This document shows, in pieces, positions 38,406-49,359 of a DNA stretch of 64,000 nucleotides. The number at the start of each line of letters is the position of its first letter. The stretch's first letter is position 1. The DNA comes from Thermodesulfobacteriota bacterium (GTDB lineage Bacteria; Desulfobacterota; Desulfobacteria; Desulfobacterales; C00003060), in assembly GCA_034189385.1 (NCBI GenBank), contig JAXHVD010000004.1, positions 1-64,000 on the forward strand, in the 5' to 3' direction. The notes under the pieces were generated by a model. The model was given only the letters and a program-made list of their open reading frames with translations. It was not told the DNA's origin and ran no database searches. A program made the translations under genes and the position numbers.

Positions 38406-39884
38406 ATGGAAACGATGATATCCATAAAGCCCCTGCTAGCTGTCCTTGTCTCCTTGTTGATCACGCCTATCCTGGTCTCCAGCCGAGCGCCGAATGTCCG
38501 GGAAGCATGGACCTTTGTGGCAGCCGTTGCAAAGTTCTTGATTGTCCTATCTATGCTTCCCACCATCATGAAAGGGACAGAGATCGTCTACACGGTAGCG
38601 GAGTTTCTGCCCGGGGCAGCAATCAAGTTCAGGGTTGATGCCTTGGGGATGCTCTTTGCCCTTGTCTCTTCCTCCCTCTGGATCATCACTTCCGCATACT
38701 CCATCGGCTACATGCGAGGGCTGAAGGAACACAGCCAGACCCGCTATTTTGTCTTCTTTGCCTTCGCCCTTTCAGCGACTGTTGGTGTGGCTTTTTCAGC
38801 AAACTTGTTAACCATGTACCTGTTTTACGAGATGCTGTCTCTGGCGACTTATCCTTTGGTCACGCACCATCAGGACCATGAGGCTCGAAGCTCAGGGCGA
38901 AAATATCTCCTTTACATCGTGGGTACGTCTATCGGCCTTGCATTGCCGGCCATGCTGATATCGTACAACCTGGCCGGCACCCTGGAGTTTGGAAAACAAG
39001 GCTTCTTGGCGGGAACGGCCTCCAAGCCCTTGATTGGTCTCCTTCTTTTCATGTTCCTTTTTGGGTTTGCCAAGGCAGCGATTATGCCCTTTCACTCCTG
39101 GTTGCCTGCAGCCATGGTGGCACCCACGCCTGTCAGCGCCTTGTTGCATGCAGTGGCCGTTGTAAAGGTAGGTGTTTTTAGCGTTGTTCGCGTGCTCACC
39201 GGGGTCTTCGGAACAGACCTATTGTTTTCCCTTGATTTCGGCCCCGTCATTCTCTTGGTTGCATCGGCCACGATTCTTATCGGCTCATTCATTGCCCTTT
39301 CTCAAGACGGCTTGAAGCGGCTTCTCGCCTATTCGACCATTGCGCAATTGTCGTATATCGTACTCGGCGTGGGCCTGCTCTCCCCAAAGGGGATCACCGG
39401 CGGCATGGTCCATATTGCCATGCACGCCTTTGGTAAGATCACCCTCTTTTTCTGTGCAGGCGCCATCTTTGTGGCCACGGGCAAGAAGAACATCAGCGAG
39501 ATGGTGGGCATCGGCAGGAGGATGCCCGTGACCATGGCGGCCTTTTTTATTGCCTCATTGAGTATCATCGGGATGCCCCCTTGCGGGGGTTTCGTCAGCA
39601 AATGGTACCTTGTCCTGGGATCGCTCGAAGCCCACCAGATGCCGATCCTCTATGTCTTGCTCTTCAGTTCCCTGCTGAATGCGGCTTACTTCATGCCTAT
39701 TGTTTACAGGGCCTTCTTCTGCAGGCCCGAAGAGGCCATGTTTGAAAATACCGTACAAGAGGCCCCGCCATTTTGCGTGGTGCCCTTGGTGATCACCGCC
39801 GTGATCTCCGTGATACTGCTTTTTTACCCCCAACCTTTTTTCAACTTGGCCAGTATGATGGTACAGCAAATAACAGGGACGTAA
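38406..39884 (+). CDS. MrpD-family antiporter subunit (cluster 2)
   Basis: Close paralog of 24155-25636 (APTPVSALLHAVAVVK). Confidence 0.9.
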   Translation: METMISIKPLLAVLVSLLITPILVSSRAPNVREAWTFVAAVAKFLIVLSMLPTIMKGTEIVYTVAEFLPGAAIKFRVDALGMLFALVSSSLWIITSAYSIGYMRGLKEHSQTRYFVFFAFALSATVGVAFSANLLTMYLFYEMLSLATYPLVTHHQDHEARSSGRKYLLYIVGTSIGLALPAMLISYNLAGTLEFGKQGFLAGTASKPLIGLLLFMFLFGFAKAAIMPFHSWLPAAMVAPTPVSALLHAVAVVKVGVFSVVRVLTGVFGTDLLFSLDFGPVILLVASATILIGSFIALSQDGLKRLLAYSTIAQLSYIVLGVGLLSPKGITGGMVHIAMHAFGKITLFFCAGAIFVATGKKNISEMVGIGRRMPVTMAAFFIASLSIIGMPPCGGFVSKWYLVLGSLEAHQMPILYVLLFSSLLNAAYFMPIVYRAFFCRPEEAMFENTVQEAPPFCVVPLVITAVISVILLFYPQPFFNLASMMVQQITGT

Positions 39885-39887
39885 GTC

Positions 39888-40028
39888 ATGATTGAAGAAA
39901 GAAGCGACGAGATAGAAGGAAAGATGGAACTGGGTCACGAGCCCATCCCGCCGTACAAGACAGTCTTTTTCATAGCCATTACCATCGGCGTCCTGTACCT
40001 TGGTTTTATTCTCTTTAAGACGCTTTGA
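39888..40028 (+). CDS. 46-aa single-TM microprotein inside Mrp cluster 2 (not in the ORF track)
   Basis: MIEERSDEIEGKMELGHEPIPPYKTVFFIAITIGVLYLGFILFKTL; starts 3 nt after the upstream stop and fills the gap. Confidence 0.7.
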   Translation: MIEERSDEIEGKMELGHEPIPPYKTVFFIAITIGVLYLGFILFKTL

Positions 40029-40069
40029 TCAAGAAACGATGCCACATACTGGATAGGAGAACACTCATA

Positions 40070-40330
40070 ATGAAGGAAGAAGGCCAGAACGAAAAGAAAT
40101 ATCTTTTCGATAATCCCAGAAACGTTAATAGACTCCTTGGGTGTTTCTTTTCATCCCTGGGTGTCTTGCTCATTATTGACCTTTTTGTCCACAAGCACCC
40201 CCATTTTCCTTGGGAGGGTTGGCTGGAATTTTATGCTACCTATGGATTTGTGGCCTGCGTGGCACTTGTTCTCGCAGCAAAATACATCCTGCGGCCCATC
40301 ATGAAGAGACGAGAGGATTACTATGATTAG
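40070..40330 (+). CDS. Small membrane protein of Mrp cluster 2
   Basis: LFDNPRNV..HFPWE..FYATYGF..REDYYD; AGGAG RBS. Confidence 0.8.
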   Translation: MKEEGQNEKKYLFDNPRNVNRLLGCFFSSLGVLLIIDLFVHKHPHFPWEGWLEFYATYGFVACVALVLAAKYILRPIMKRREDYYD

Positions 40331-42095
40331 CACCGTTCCTCCAGCATTCATATTTATCATCGGGGGCTTGCTGGTTCCCTTCATCAAGGGTAGGTGGAAG
40401 AGTGCCTATTTGCTGCTCATCCCTGTCATCGGGTTCATCAACCTGATCAGCATCCCTGAAGGGACCCACTGGGTTGTGAGGTTCCTTGATTGGGAGCTCG
40501 TTTTTGGCAAGATAGACAGACTGAGCCTCCTTTTTGGTTACATTTTCCATCTCATATCCTTTATAGCCCTTCTTTATGCCCTTCACGTAAAAGATGACCT
40601 CCAGCATGTGGCAGGGCTTGTTTACGCCGGTAGCGCCCTAGGGGTTGTCTTTGCAGGAGACATTTTTTCTTTCTTTGTCTTCTGGGAGATGCTCACCGTC
40701 AGCTCTATATTCTTGATCTGGGCCCGCAGGACAAGGGCAGCGCAAGCAGCAGGATTCCGTTATCTTCTCGTTCATGCCGCCGGAGGCCTCTGCCTTCTGG
40801 CAGGGATTGTTCTCTATGTGAATCAAACAGGGTCCCTTGAATTCGGGTATATAGGATTGAACGGATTGGCCACTTACCTTATATTTTTTGGTTTTGGCCT
40901 GAATTGCGCGTGGCCCATACTTCATCCGTGGCTCACGGACGCCTATCCCGAGGCAACGATTACCGGGGTCATATTTATGAGCGCCTTTACCACAAAGTGT
41001 GCGGTCTATGCCCTGGCAAGGGCCTTCCCGGGCACAGAGGCCTTGATATGGATCGGGGCGATCATGACCGGATTCCCTATATTCTATGCCGTCATTGAGA
41101 ATGACCTCAGGAGAGTGCTTGCCTACAGCCTGATCAACCAAGTCGGATTCATGGTGTGCGGCATCGGCATCGGGACGGCTCTGGCCATCAATGGCGCCGT
41201 GGCCCATGTCTTTAATGATGTTCTCTTCAAGGCCCTCCTTTTCATGTCCATGGGCGCAGTCATGTATCGCACAGGAAAAATCAATGGCACGGCCCTGGGG
41301 GGCTTGTACAGGACCATGCCGTTTACCTGTATATGCTGCATGGTAGGGGCTGCGTCCATCTCTGCCTTCCCCCTTTTTAGTGGTTTTGTCAGCAAGTCCA
41401 TGGTGATGGACGCGGCGGCCGGGGGGCATATGAGGATCATATGGTTTATTCTGCTCTTTGCCTCAGCCGGTGTATTCCACCATGCAGGCATCAAGATCCC
41501 CTTTTTCGCATTTTTCGGCCACGACTCTGGTATGAGGCCAAAGGAGGCACCCCTGAATATGCTCCTTGCCATGGGCATTGCCGCTTTCCTATGTATCTTC
41601 ATCGGCTCATTCCCCGGACCCCTGTATAGCCTCCTCCCATACCCTGTTGATTATGTGCCGTACACAGCGCCCCACGTGGTGGGTCAAACCCAGCTCCTCT
41701 TCTTTTCTGCCTTGGCCTTCTCGCTTCTGCTACTCTCCGGCATTTATCCGGGCGAGCAAAGGTGTGTCAACCTTGATTCTGATTGGTTTTACCGCAAGGG
41801 AGGGCGCCTTTTTTACTATGTCATCGATAAAGTTTTTAACAGTCTAACCAGGGCCTCAGAAAGAACCTTTGTTGGGGGGGTGGCCGGATATCTTGGCCGT
41901 GTCTCTAGAGACGGTCCCACCAGAGTGGCACTGTTAGGCTTGGTCCCTGCGTGGATGATAGGCGGCAAAACGGGGGGAAAACTGGAACTTAAGAAAATCA
42001 GCCTTCGTGGAGCTTTGCAGACAGGCACCTTGCCCGTCGGAATCAGTGCAGCAGTAGCCACTGTTTTTCTGATAGTCGTTTTTCTCTTAATGTAA
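40323..42095 (+). CDS. MrpA'/D-like antiporter subunit (cluster 2)
   Basis: Paralog of 22097-23866; LHPWLTDAYPEAT, NLDSDWFYRK. Confidence 0.88.
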   Translation: MISTVPPAFIFIIGGLLVPFIKGRWKSAYLLLIPVIGFINLISIPEGTHWVVRFLDWELVFGKIDRLSLLFGYIFHLISFIALLYALHVKDDLQHVAGLVYAGSALGVVFAGDIFSFFVFWEMLTVSSIFLIWARRTRAAQAAGFRYLLVHAAGGLCLLAGIVLYVNQTGSLEFGYIGLNGLATYLIFFGFGLNCAWPILHPWLTDAYPEATITGVIFMSAFTTKCAVYALARAFPGTEALIWIGAIMTGFPIFYAVIENDLRRVLAYSLINQVGFMVCGIGIGTALAINGAVAHVFNDVLFKALLFMSMGAVMYRTGKINGTALGGLYRTMPFTCICCMVGAASISAFPLFSGFVSKSMVMDAAAGGHMRIIWFILLFASAGVFHHAGIKIPFFAFFGHDSGMRPKEAPLNMLLAMGIAAFLCIFIGSFPGPLYSLLPYPVDYVPYTAPHVVGQTQLLFFSALAFSLLLLSGIYPGEQRCVNLDSDWFYRKGGRLFYYVIDKVFNSLTRASERTFVGGVAGYLGRVSRDGPTRVALLGLVPAWMIGGKTGGKLELKKISLRGALQTGTLPVGISAAVATVFLIVVFLLM

Positions 42096-42142
42096 TGTGA
42101 ACTTTAAGGGATGCCAAGCTTCAGTGCTGAGAGGAGAGATAT

Positions 42143-42637
42143 ATGGCTTTGACAGAAGATTTGAGAAAGGTCGCGCTCTTTGAGGACTTGACGGGCCAGA
42201 TGCTTGAACAGTTGGTTCCTATGGTGGAAGCAAAGTCATATGCGGAAAGAGAGATCATTTTTGAGGCAGGCGATAAGGCCGACTGTTTTTATGCGCTCAA
42301 AAGAGGAAAGGTGTTGCTTGAAGCAGAACTTGCTCCAGCTTTCATTATTTCCCTTGGTGCCATAAAGCCAGGATACTCTTTTGGCTGGTCTGCGCTGCTT
42401 CCAGTCGCATCTCATACCTCCTATGCTGTTTCTGCGGAACCATCCGAAATCTTCATCCTACCTGGAGACAAGCTTACGGCCCTGCTCGACCGCGATCACA
42501 CCATGGGATATCTGGTGATGCAAAAGGCGACAACTATCCTTGAGAACCGCTTGGAACGCCGGACGGCTCAGTTTCTCAAGGTCATAACCAGACATCCCGA
42601 GATAGGGACGCTCCTCGGCCTGGAAACTGCCACGTAG
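42143..42637 (+). CDS. Stand-alone cyclic-nucleotide-binding (Crp-N) domain protein
   Basis: LFEDL..IIFEAGDKADCFY..G..FGWSALL; no HTH. Confidence 0.8.
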   Translation: MALTEDLRKVALFEDLTGQMLEQLVPMVEAKSYAEREIIFEAGDKADCFYALKRGKVLLEAELAPAFIISLGAIKPGYSFGWSALLPVASHTSYAVSAEPSEIFILPGDKLTALLDRDHTMGYLVMQKATTILENRLERRTAQFLKVITRHPEIGTLLGLETAT

Positions 42638-42879
42638 GGGCCTGGCCAGGACCATCTTGGGCACGCGGCTCAAGGGCCTGTTGAAGTAAAGCTTGTTCCA
42701 TTGCCCCACACTTAGCTTCATCCTTAACGGGACCGGAACAAGAGGCAGCCTGCTGTCTGGAAAAGGTATTTGCCAAGGCAAAACAGCCGGGCTGTGGGGC
42801 TGTTTCCCTGTGAGACGGCCTAAGCATGACGTCAATAACGGCAGCCCCCTGATTCTGTGACCCCCTGAGATTCCATTAC

Positions 42880-44322
42880 GTGGGGAGATGTTCATTGAAT
42901 AGACAATCTCAATACGCTAGTAAAGGGCCGAGTCTCTGTTTAATTGCCGTTGTTATGGTGATTCTCCTTGGTAGCTTCATCCTCTTGGAGGTCCAGTCAG
43001 TCAGGCAAATGGAAACAATGACGACCATCAGAGAACTGAAAGGTTTCCTCGACGCTTCATATTTCAAGCGCCTTGCCCTACGGAGCCTCTTGGCAGCCAC
43101 AGTGGTCGTCGTACTTGTTTTCTTCATTGCAAGGGAAAGGGCCCGATTTCGAGGTCTGGAACAGGAGGTAAAAGCCACAACCACGAACCTGGCACGCTAT
43201 GCCAAAAGACTCAAGCGCTCTGAGGAAAAACATCGCTCCCTTGTTGAACTGGCAGATGACATCATCTACACTGCCGATCAGTATGGAAATATTCTGTCAA
43301 TCAATCGATGCTTTTCCGGCCTTATTGGGCAACCTCCTGCAGAGGTGATCGGAAAGAATATCACGGATGTTGTCAAACATGAGTCCTCCCTGGACGTTAC
43401 GGCAGTCATCGAAAGGATGTTACGGCAATCCGAGACAGTGGTTCAAGAAGAACATGTGACCATAGGAACGAGAGGTTATTGGCTCCATACAAAATATCAG
43501 ACAGTGGGATCTGATCCAGACGTAGCACCATTGGTTCTTGTGATTTCTCGTGATATTACAGAACACAAACGAATGCAGCAACAGCTTTTTCAGACGGAAA
43601 AGCTCGCATCCCTGGGGGCTTTATCTGCCGGTGTGGCCCATGAAATTAATAACCCCATTGCGGTTATTCTGGGTTTTGCGGAATTACTACTAGATAAGCT
43701 TCCTGAGGGGTTCAAAGAACGCGGAATTTATGAAGCCATTCAAAGGCAAGGGAACAACTGCAAACGGGTGGTTGAAAACCTTCTCGCTTTTTCCCGGATT
43801 CCCGAACAGAAGACATCAGAGACAGACATGATCCAAGACCTTCAAAGGGTAGTCGACCTGGTCAGGAACACCTTGCTCACCGAGAAGGTAGACCTCAGAA
43901 GGGATATAGAAAAGAATCTACCTAAGGTGAGAGCCGACGGCCAGCAGCTGCAACAGGCATTTCTCAATATCATCAACAATGCCGTGGCCGCCATGGAGGA
44001 CGGAGGGACATTGACCATCTCAGCATTTCGGTCCAATGACACAGTTAGTATTGCCTTTGCGGACACGGGCGAGGGTATATTGCCGGAAAACAGGGACAAG
44101 GTTTTTGAACCGTTTTTCACGACCAGAGAGGTTGGAGAAGGAACAGGGTTGGGTTTGTCTGTCAGTTACGGCATCGTGAAGATGTTTGGGGGAAATATTT
44201 CAGTCAGGAGCCAAACCAGAGCGGAAGGCAAAGAACCGGGAACCACATTCACGGTAGTGCTCCCTGTGGCAGATGGTGGCAAGATTGCTCCAAAAGGGGA
44301 AGGAGATGAGCGCGGTCACTGA
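42880..44322 (+). CDS. Membrane PAS histidine kinase
   Basis: Two TM segments with a short loop; PAS; AGVAHEINNP; GEGTGLGL; start uncertain. Confidence 0.85.
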   Translation: MGRCSLNRQSQYASKGPSLCLIAVVMVILLGSFILLEVQSVRQMETMTTIRELKGFLDASYFKRLALRSLLAATVVVVLVFFIARERARFRGLEQEVKATTTNLARYAKRLKRSEEKHRSLVELADDIIYTADQYGNILSINRCFSGLIGQPPAEVIGKNITDVVKHESSLDVTAVIERMLRQSETVVQEEHVTIGTRGYWLHTKYQTVGSDPDVAPLVLVISRDITEHKRMQQQLFQTEKLASLGALSAGVAHEINNPIAVILGFAELLLDKLPEGFKERGIYEAIQRQGNNCKRVVENLLAFSRIPEQKTSETDMIQDLQRVVDLVRNTLLTEKVDLRRDIEKNLPKVRADGQQLQQAFLNIINNAVAAMEDGGTLTISAFRSNDTVSIAFADTGEGILPENRDKVFEPFFTTREVGEGTGLGLSVSYGIVKMFGGNISVRSQTRAEGKEPGTTFTVVLPVADGGKIAPKGEGDERGH

Positions 44323-44593
44323 TTGCAGGCAACGGGCCCAGCGGGTGATGAGTGAAGACGCTTTTCTGTATTGACGGTCGGGAAAGGCCCTTTGACGGCC
44401 GTCTGCTTGGCAGCCAGGCTCCTTTGCGCCAAACATGATGAAGCCACCCAAAAAGCTGCGCCCATGGTAAGAGATGAGAGTTTGCCGCCATTTGCTTTAA
44501 GGATTTTAGGAAAGGGCTTTTTGTGCTATATATTTGTGCGGGTGATCATTGAGTCATAGGGTTGTTGGCATGAACATAGAAAGGAGGGGAAGG

Positions 44594-45025
44594 ATGGCTA
44601 AGAAAATACTTATCGTGGACGACGAGCCCGATATCGTTACCTTTCTGGGTGCGATTCTCGAAGAAAATGGCTATGCAAGCGTGAGCGCCAAAGACGGCGT
44701 TGAGGGACTAGAGGTGCTGTATAGGGAACATCCAGACCTGGTGCTTCTGGACCTGATGATGCCAAAAAAGAGCGGGATTAGCATGTTTCAGGAGTTGAGA
44801 AAGGACCCGAAGATGAGCCAGACTCCAGTAGTAGTGGTGACTGGTGTCTCTGAGGTGACAGGTGTCGATTTCAGAAATTTCATGTACAAGCAACCGCTGA
44901 AGGATGAGAAGAAATTCGTCGAGAGCACTGGATTAACGAAATACACCATACCCGATGGTTACGTGGAAAAACCCATCGATCCAGACGAATTGATCAAGGT
45001 CGTTAAGAAGGCTTTGGAAGAATAG
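44594..45025 (+). CDS. Single-domain response regulator
   Basis: MAKKILIVDDE..LLDLMMPKKSG..YVEKP; AGGAGG RBS. Confidence 0.9.
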   Translation: MAKKILIVDDEPDIVTFLGAILEENGYASVSAKDGVEGLEVLYREHPDLVLLDLMMPKKSGISMFQELRKDPKMSQTPVVVVTGVSEVTGVDFRNFMYKQPLKDEKKFVESTGLTKYTIPDGYVEKPIDPDELIKVVKKALEE

Positions 45026-45450
45026 AATCTGGCACCGCTCAAAAAAGGGATGGCTGGCACTGGAAAAGAGAGGTCTCGGCATGCACGTCTTGCCCGCAGG
45101 CGGGGATGCTGCTCCTTTTTCCCTCGGCTAGATCAAAGAAGCATCCAGCCCTCTAGAGTGATCACAAGTCCCTGTCCTGGCAAGACCGATTTCCCCTCAA
45201 AACTGACAAGGGTGTGGTGGAGAAGCTCGACCTGTTGGGTTCTCAACGGGGGAGGGCTTCGTCTTCTGGCATGTCTGTTTGACCGCCCCCCCGGTTCTTG
45301 GTAGGACATAATGAAAGTGGGGAAATGATGGCTTTGCAGGGGCTGTGCGCAGACCGTTTGAAAGTGAGGAATGGTTCCAGGTACCCGTGAGGGAACTTGA
45401 GCGCCAATTCTCAGAGATTTCCTCCTTCGCTTTAGCACAAAGGACTTAGA

Positions 45451-48093
45451 ATGGTGAAAGAGAAAATCAAATGCTGGGAGTTTTTCCATTGCAACGAGGT
45501 GGACTGCCCAGTTTTTAAAGCAAAGGAGGTGATGTGTTGGCTCATCTCCGGAACCCATTGTCGAAATGAGATCCAGGGCAAGTTTCTGGAGAAAATGGAG
45601 ATGTGCCTCGAATGCGAGGCCTTTAAGGCAAACATAGATGTGGATTCGATGGAAGCGACCCTAAAGGTGCTCAATGGGCAGCTTAGAAAATTCAGAAAAA
45701 TGGTGGAGGAGCGCGATAGAGAGTTACAGGGCATCAGTCTGGAGTTGGCCTTGGGTTTGTCGGAAGTCTTTGATGCGTTGAAGGAGATTTCCTCAGGAGA
45801 CCCTTTGGTGAGGATACCCGAGACCTCAGAACTCGAGTTGATCTCTAAGTTGAAACACCTGGTGAACCTGACGGCAGAAAACCTTGGAGAAATCGTTGAT
45901 CTTTCTCATGAATTCGCCATAGGTCTTGCTGAGCACTTCAATGTGCTGCACCGGGTCTCAAAAGGGGACCTGACCGCCCGGGTGGCTGGGACTTCCCAAT
46001 TGGAACTCTTGGAATCCCTGAAGGAGGTCACCAACGATACCATCGGTAGTGTGTTCACGGCTATCTCCGAGTGCAAGATTGCACAGGAAGAGTTGCTAGA
46101 GAGCCAGGAGAGATATCGGACGGTTCTGGAGGCCTGTCCGGACCCACTGGTTGTTTATGATATGGAGGGTAAGGTTATCTATATCAATCCGGCATTCACC
46201 TGGATCTTCGGATGGACCCCAGAAGAACTTTTGGGGACAAAAATTGACTATGTTCCAGATGAGAACTGGCCGGAGACCCAAATGATGATCGACAAGGTTC
46301 TGGCAGGGGAAAGTTTCTCCGGGGTTGAAAGCCGTCGATATAACAAAGAAAGAAACATCCTCAACGTCAGTATAAGCGCAACGATCTACCTAAATCGTGA
46401 GAGAGTTCCATGGGGAAGTGTCCATATCCTGCGAGACATTACCGACCAGAAGCGGGCTGAAGCAGCGCTTTTGGAATCAGAGGACAAGTACAAGACCCTT
46501 GTTGAAAACTCCCTGACGGGCATCTTCATCCACCAAGAGGGAAGGTATGTGTTTGTCACTGACAGATTTGCAAGCATGCATGGTTATACACAGGAGGAAT
46601 TGCTGGGAAAGGAATACTTGTCGCTAATTCATCCCGACGACAGGGAAGCCCTTGCCCAGACCGTATCGGCGAGGCTGGAGGGAGAAGTGGTTCCTCAACA
46701 CTACGAGGTTCGGAGACTCAAAAAGGGCGGAAAGACCGTCTGGTGCGAAATGATAGCAACCCGCATCGACTATGGGGGCAGGCCTGCTATCATGGGAAAC
46801 ATTATAGACATTACTGAGCGGAAACAGGCAGAGCAGGCCCTGCGAGAGGCTCGCAACGGATTGGAGCTGCGCGTGAAGGAGCGCACGGCGGAATTGACCA
46901 AAGCAAACGAACAACTAAAACACGAAATAGAAGAGCGGAAGCGGGCTGAGCAAGAAGTAAAGTTGAGCGAGGAAAAATATCGTCTTCTGTTTAGTAAGGA
47001 CCCCAATTCTCTCTTCTTGGTTGACGGCGATTCTGGCAACATCCTAGATGTGAACAATGCAGCCACCTTGACATACCAATATGCGCGCGAGGAACTGATG
47101 CAGATGTCCTTTCTGGATTTGTTCGATGCCGACGAAGCCCGAGAGATCCAGAACGAACTGCAAGACTATCACAAGGATGTGTACGTCTTCATACCCAGGA
47201 CATCGGCAAAAAAAAAGGACGGGCGTCATTTCTTTATTCATCTCCACGCCGGTGCAGTCCAGTTTGAAAAACAGGGGACAGAAGAACTGGGGCGGGCCTT
47301 GATTATCAGGACTGTGGATATTACCCGGCGGCTTGAACAGGAGGCTATGCTCGCCCAAGCCGGCAAAATGGCAACGCTTGGCGAGATGGCAACAGGTGTT
47401 GCCCATGAACTGAATCAGCCATTAAATGTCATACAGGTAGGGACCGATTTCCTGACCAAAACGATCAATAGAGGTCGAAAGTTTTCTCACGACGAGCTTT
47501 TGAAGGTGAGCCGGAACATCAGTGAACAGGTAGAGCGGGCCACGAACATCGTCGACCACCTTCGGGAGTTTGGCCGCAAGAGCGACCTGGAGGTCTACCC
47601 TGTGGACGTGAATGAGCCTATCCGAAGTGTGTTTACGCTCTTAGGCCAGCAGCTGAACTTACGAAACATCGTGGTTGATCTCAAGCTGGCCCCCAACCTG
47701 TCCAAAATCTTGGCCGACAAGAACCGGCTGGAGCAAATCTTTCTGAACCTGGTCACCAATGCCAGAGATGCCATGGAGGCGAAGGGGCCTGGGGCTGTCA
47801 AAAAGCTCACCATTGCCACCTACCAGGAAGGAAGAAGGGTGGCGGCTACGGTCTCGGACACAGGCAAAGGGATGGAAAAAGGGATTCTGAAAAAGATATT
47901 TGATCCCTTTTTTACCACCAAAAAGGCGGGTAAAGGGACTGGCCTGGGGCTGTCCATCAGCTACAACCTGGTGAAGGACTTCAGGGGACACATAGACGTG
48001 GAATCGACTCCTGATGTAGGCACCACCTTTACGGTTAGTTTCCCGGTGTATGATGAACAAGGAGATCATAGTGATGAAGCTACTCGTTATTGA
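45451..48093 (+). CDS. Histidine kinase: two-CW module, HAMP-like region, 3 PAS
   Basis: [40 protein letters not shown]. Confidence 0.92.
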   Translation: MVKEKIKCWEFFHCNEVDCPVFKAKEVMCWLISGTHCRNEIQGKFLEKMEMCLECEAFKANIDVDSMEATLKVLNGQLRKFRKMVEERDRELQGISLELALGLSEVFDALKEISSGDPLVRIPETSELELISKLKHLVNLTAENLGEIVDLSHEFAIGLAEHFNVLHRVSKGDLTARVAGTSQLELLESLKEVTNDTIGSVFTAISECKIAQEELLESQERYRTVLEACPDPLVVYDMEGKVIYINPAFTWIFGWTPEELLGTKIDYVPDENWPETQMMIDKVLAGESFSGVESRRYNKERNILNVSISATIYLNRERVPWGSVHILRDITDQKRAEAALLESEDKYKTLVENSLTGIFIHQEGRYVFVTDRFASMHGYTQEELLGKEYLSLIHPDDREALAQTVSARLEGEVVPQHYEVRRLKKGGKTVWCEMIATRIDYGGRPAIMGNIIDITERKQAEQALREARNGLELRVKERTAELTKANEQLKHEIEERKRAEQEVKLSEEKYRLLFSKDPNSLFLVDGDSGNILDVNNAATLTYQYAREELMQMSFLDLFDADEAREIQNELQDYHKDVYVFIPRTSAKKKDGRHFFIHLHAGAVQFEKQGTEELGRALIIRTVDITRRLEQEAMLAQAGKMATLGEMATGVAHELNQPLNVIQVGTDFLTKTINRGRKFSHDELLKVSRNISEQVERATNIVDHLREFGRKSDLEVYPVDVNEPIRSVFTLLGQQLNLRNIVVDLKLAPNLSKILADKNRLEQIFLNLVTNARDAMEAKGPGAVKKLTIATYQEGRRVAATVSDTGKGMEKGILKKIFDPFFTTKKAGKGTGLGLSISYNLVKDFRGHIDVESTPDVGTTFTVSFPVYDEQGDHSDEATRY

Positions 48094-49246
48094 TGACGAG
48101 CGGTCTATCTTGGAGATGTTGGAGCTTTCGCTCTCTAAGGAAGGCTACGAGGTCTTGACTGCTGAAAATGGAGAGGAAGGCGTCAAGCGTTTTCAGGAGC
48201 AAAGGCCAAAGCTTGTTCTAACTGATGTTAAGATGCCGGGAATCGACGGGATAGAAGTACTTAAAAGGATCAAGGCTATGGACGCCGAAGCGGAGGTGAT
48301 CGTCATCACTGGCCACGGTGACATGGACACAGCCATTGCTGCCCTCCAGAACCAAGCGTCGGATTTTGTCACCAAGCCGATACGGGATGATGTCCTCATG
48401 GTTTCGCTCCAGAGAGCTGAAAAAAGGGTGGCCATGAGCGAACAGTTGAAGAATTACACCGAGAATCTGGAACGGCAAATGGAAGAGTGTAAGCTGGGCC
48501 TCATGCAGGCGCAGGCCGAATTGATCGCGACCGAGCGCCGTGCCTCCATTGGTGAAACGGTGTCAGCGTTGGCCCATTGTGTAAAAAATATCTTGACTGG
48601 ACTCGGCGGGGGCATGTACATGGTCCACGTCGGCATGGCCCGGGAGAAAGCCGGAGTGTTGGAAGACGGCTGGGCCATGTTCCAGCGAAACATGGAAAGA
48701 GTCTCGGATCTGGTCCTGGACTTGCTGAGATATTCGAGAGAAATAAGACCTGAACGACGTATATGTCGGCCTAATAGGATTGCTTCAGAGGCCATGGAAG
48801 ACCTCAGAAAAAGGGCTGAGGAGCACCATGTCATGCTACATTCAGTCTTGGACCCAGGTCTCAAAGCAGCCTACCTGGACCGAGATGGCATCTACAAGGT
48901 CTTGTCGAATCTGATCGCAAACGCCGTGGAGGCCTGCGTCTATGATACGGCTACTTCCAAGACTTGGGAGGTAACGATTAAGACCAAGCTGGAAACAGAG
49001 GCCGACTCTGAGGAGACCATCCTATTTGAAGTAACTGACAACGGATGTGGGATGACCGATGAGGTCAAGGAACAGATTTTTCACAAGTTCTTTACTACCA
49101 AGCCAGGGCAGGGCATAGGTCTTGACCTCCTTCTCGCGCAGAAGATTGTTCGCGAACATGACGGAGAGATCATGGTAGAATCAAAGGTCGGGAAGGGAAC
49201 GACCTGTTCAGTGCGACTGAACTGCCAGATACCTGAGGAACAATAA
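48074..49246 (+). CDS. Hybrid receiver-histidine kinase with degenerate G2 box
   Basis: LLVIDDE; ALAHCVKNIL; TKPGQGIGLDL. Confidence 0.88.
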   Translation: MKLLVIDDERSILEMLELSLSKEGYEVLTAENGEEGVKRFQEQRPKLVLTDVKMPGIDGIEVLKRIKAMDAEAEVIVITGHGDMDTAIAALQNQASDFVTKPIRDDVLMVSLQRAEKRVAMSEQLKNYTENLERQMEECKLGLMQAQAELIATERRASIGETVSALAHCVKNILTGLGGGMYMVHVGMAREKAGVLEDGWAMFQRNMERVSDLVLDLLRYSREIRPERRICRPNRIASEAMEDLRKRAEEHHVMLHSVLDPGLKAAYLDRDGIYKVLSNLIANAVEACVYDTATSKTWEVTIKTKLETEADSEETILFEVTDNGCGMTDEVKEQIFHKFFTTKPGQGIGLDLLLAQKIVREHDGEIMVESKVGKGTTCSVRLNCQIPEEQ

Positions 49247-49359
49247 CCTCCGTTTCTGATCCATCTAAGGTTCGCTTCAGACAGCTTGAAAAGGGCCCCT
49301 TCGGGCTCCAACAGGTCAAAGGGCTTATCTCTTGCTGCGCCACGGACAAGGAGGGCGGT

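Noticed and set aside
40638..41429. Long antisense ORFs (e.g. 263 aa here; also 60216-60956, 37227-37862, 62110-62751)
   Set aside because: Shadows of well-supported genes on the opposite strand
16566..42095. Energy-converting hydrogenase or complex I interpretation of the Mbh-like subunits
   Set aside because: No NiFe large/small subunit, NuoH-like or ferredoxin-like genes in either cluster
45050..45450. GC-rich intergenic hairpins as riboswitch or sRNA (also 42640-42880, 50580-51100, 28630-29100)
   Set aside because: Stems are possible but I recognise no family consensus; an Rfam covariance search is needed
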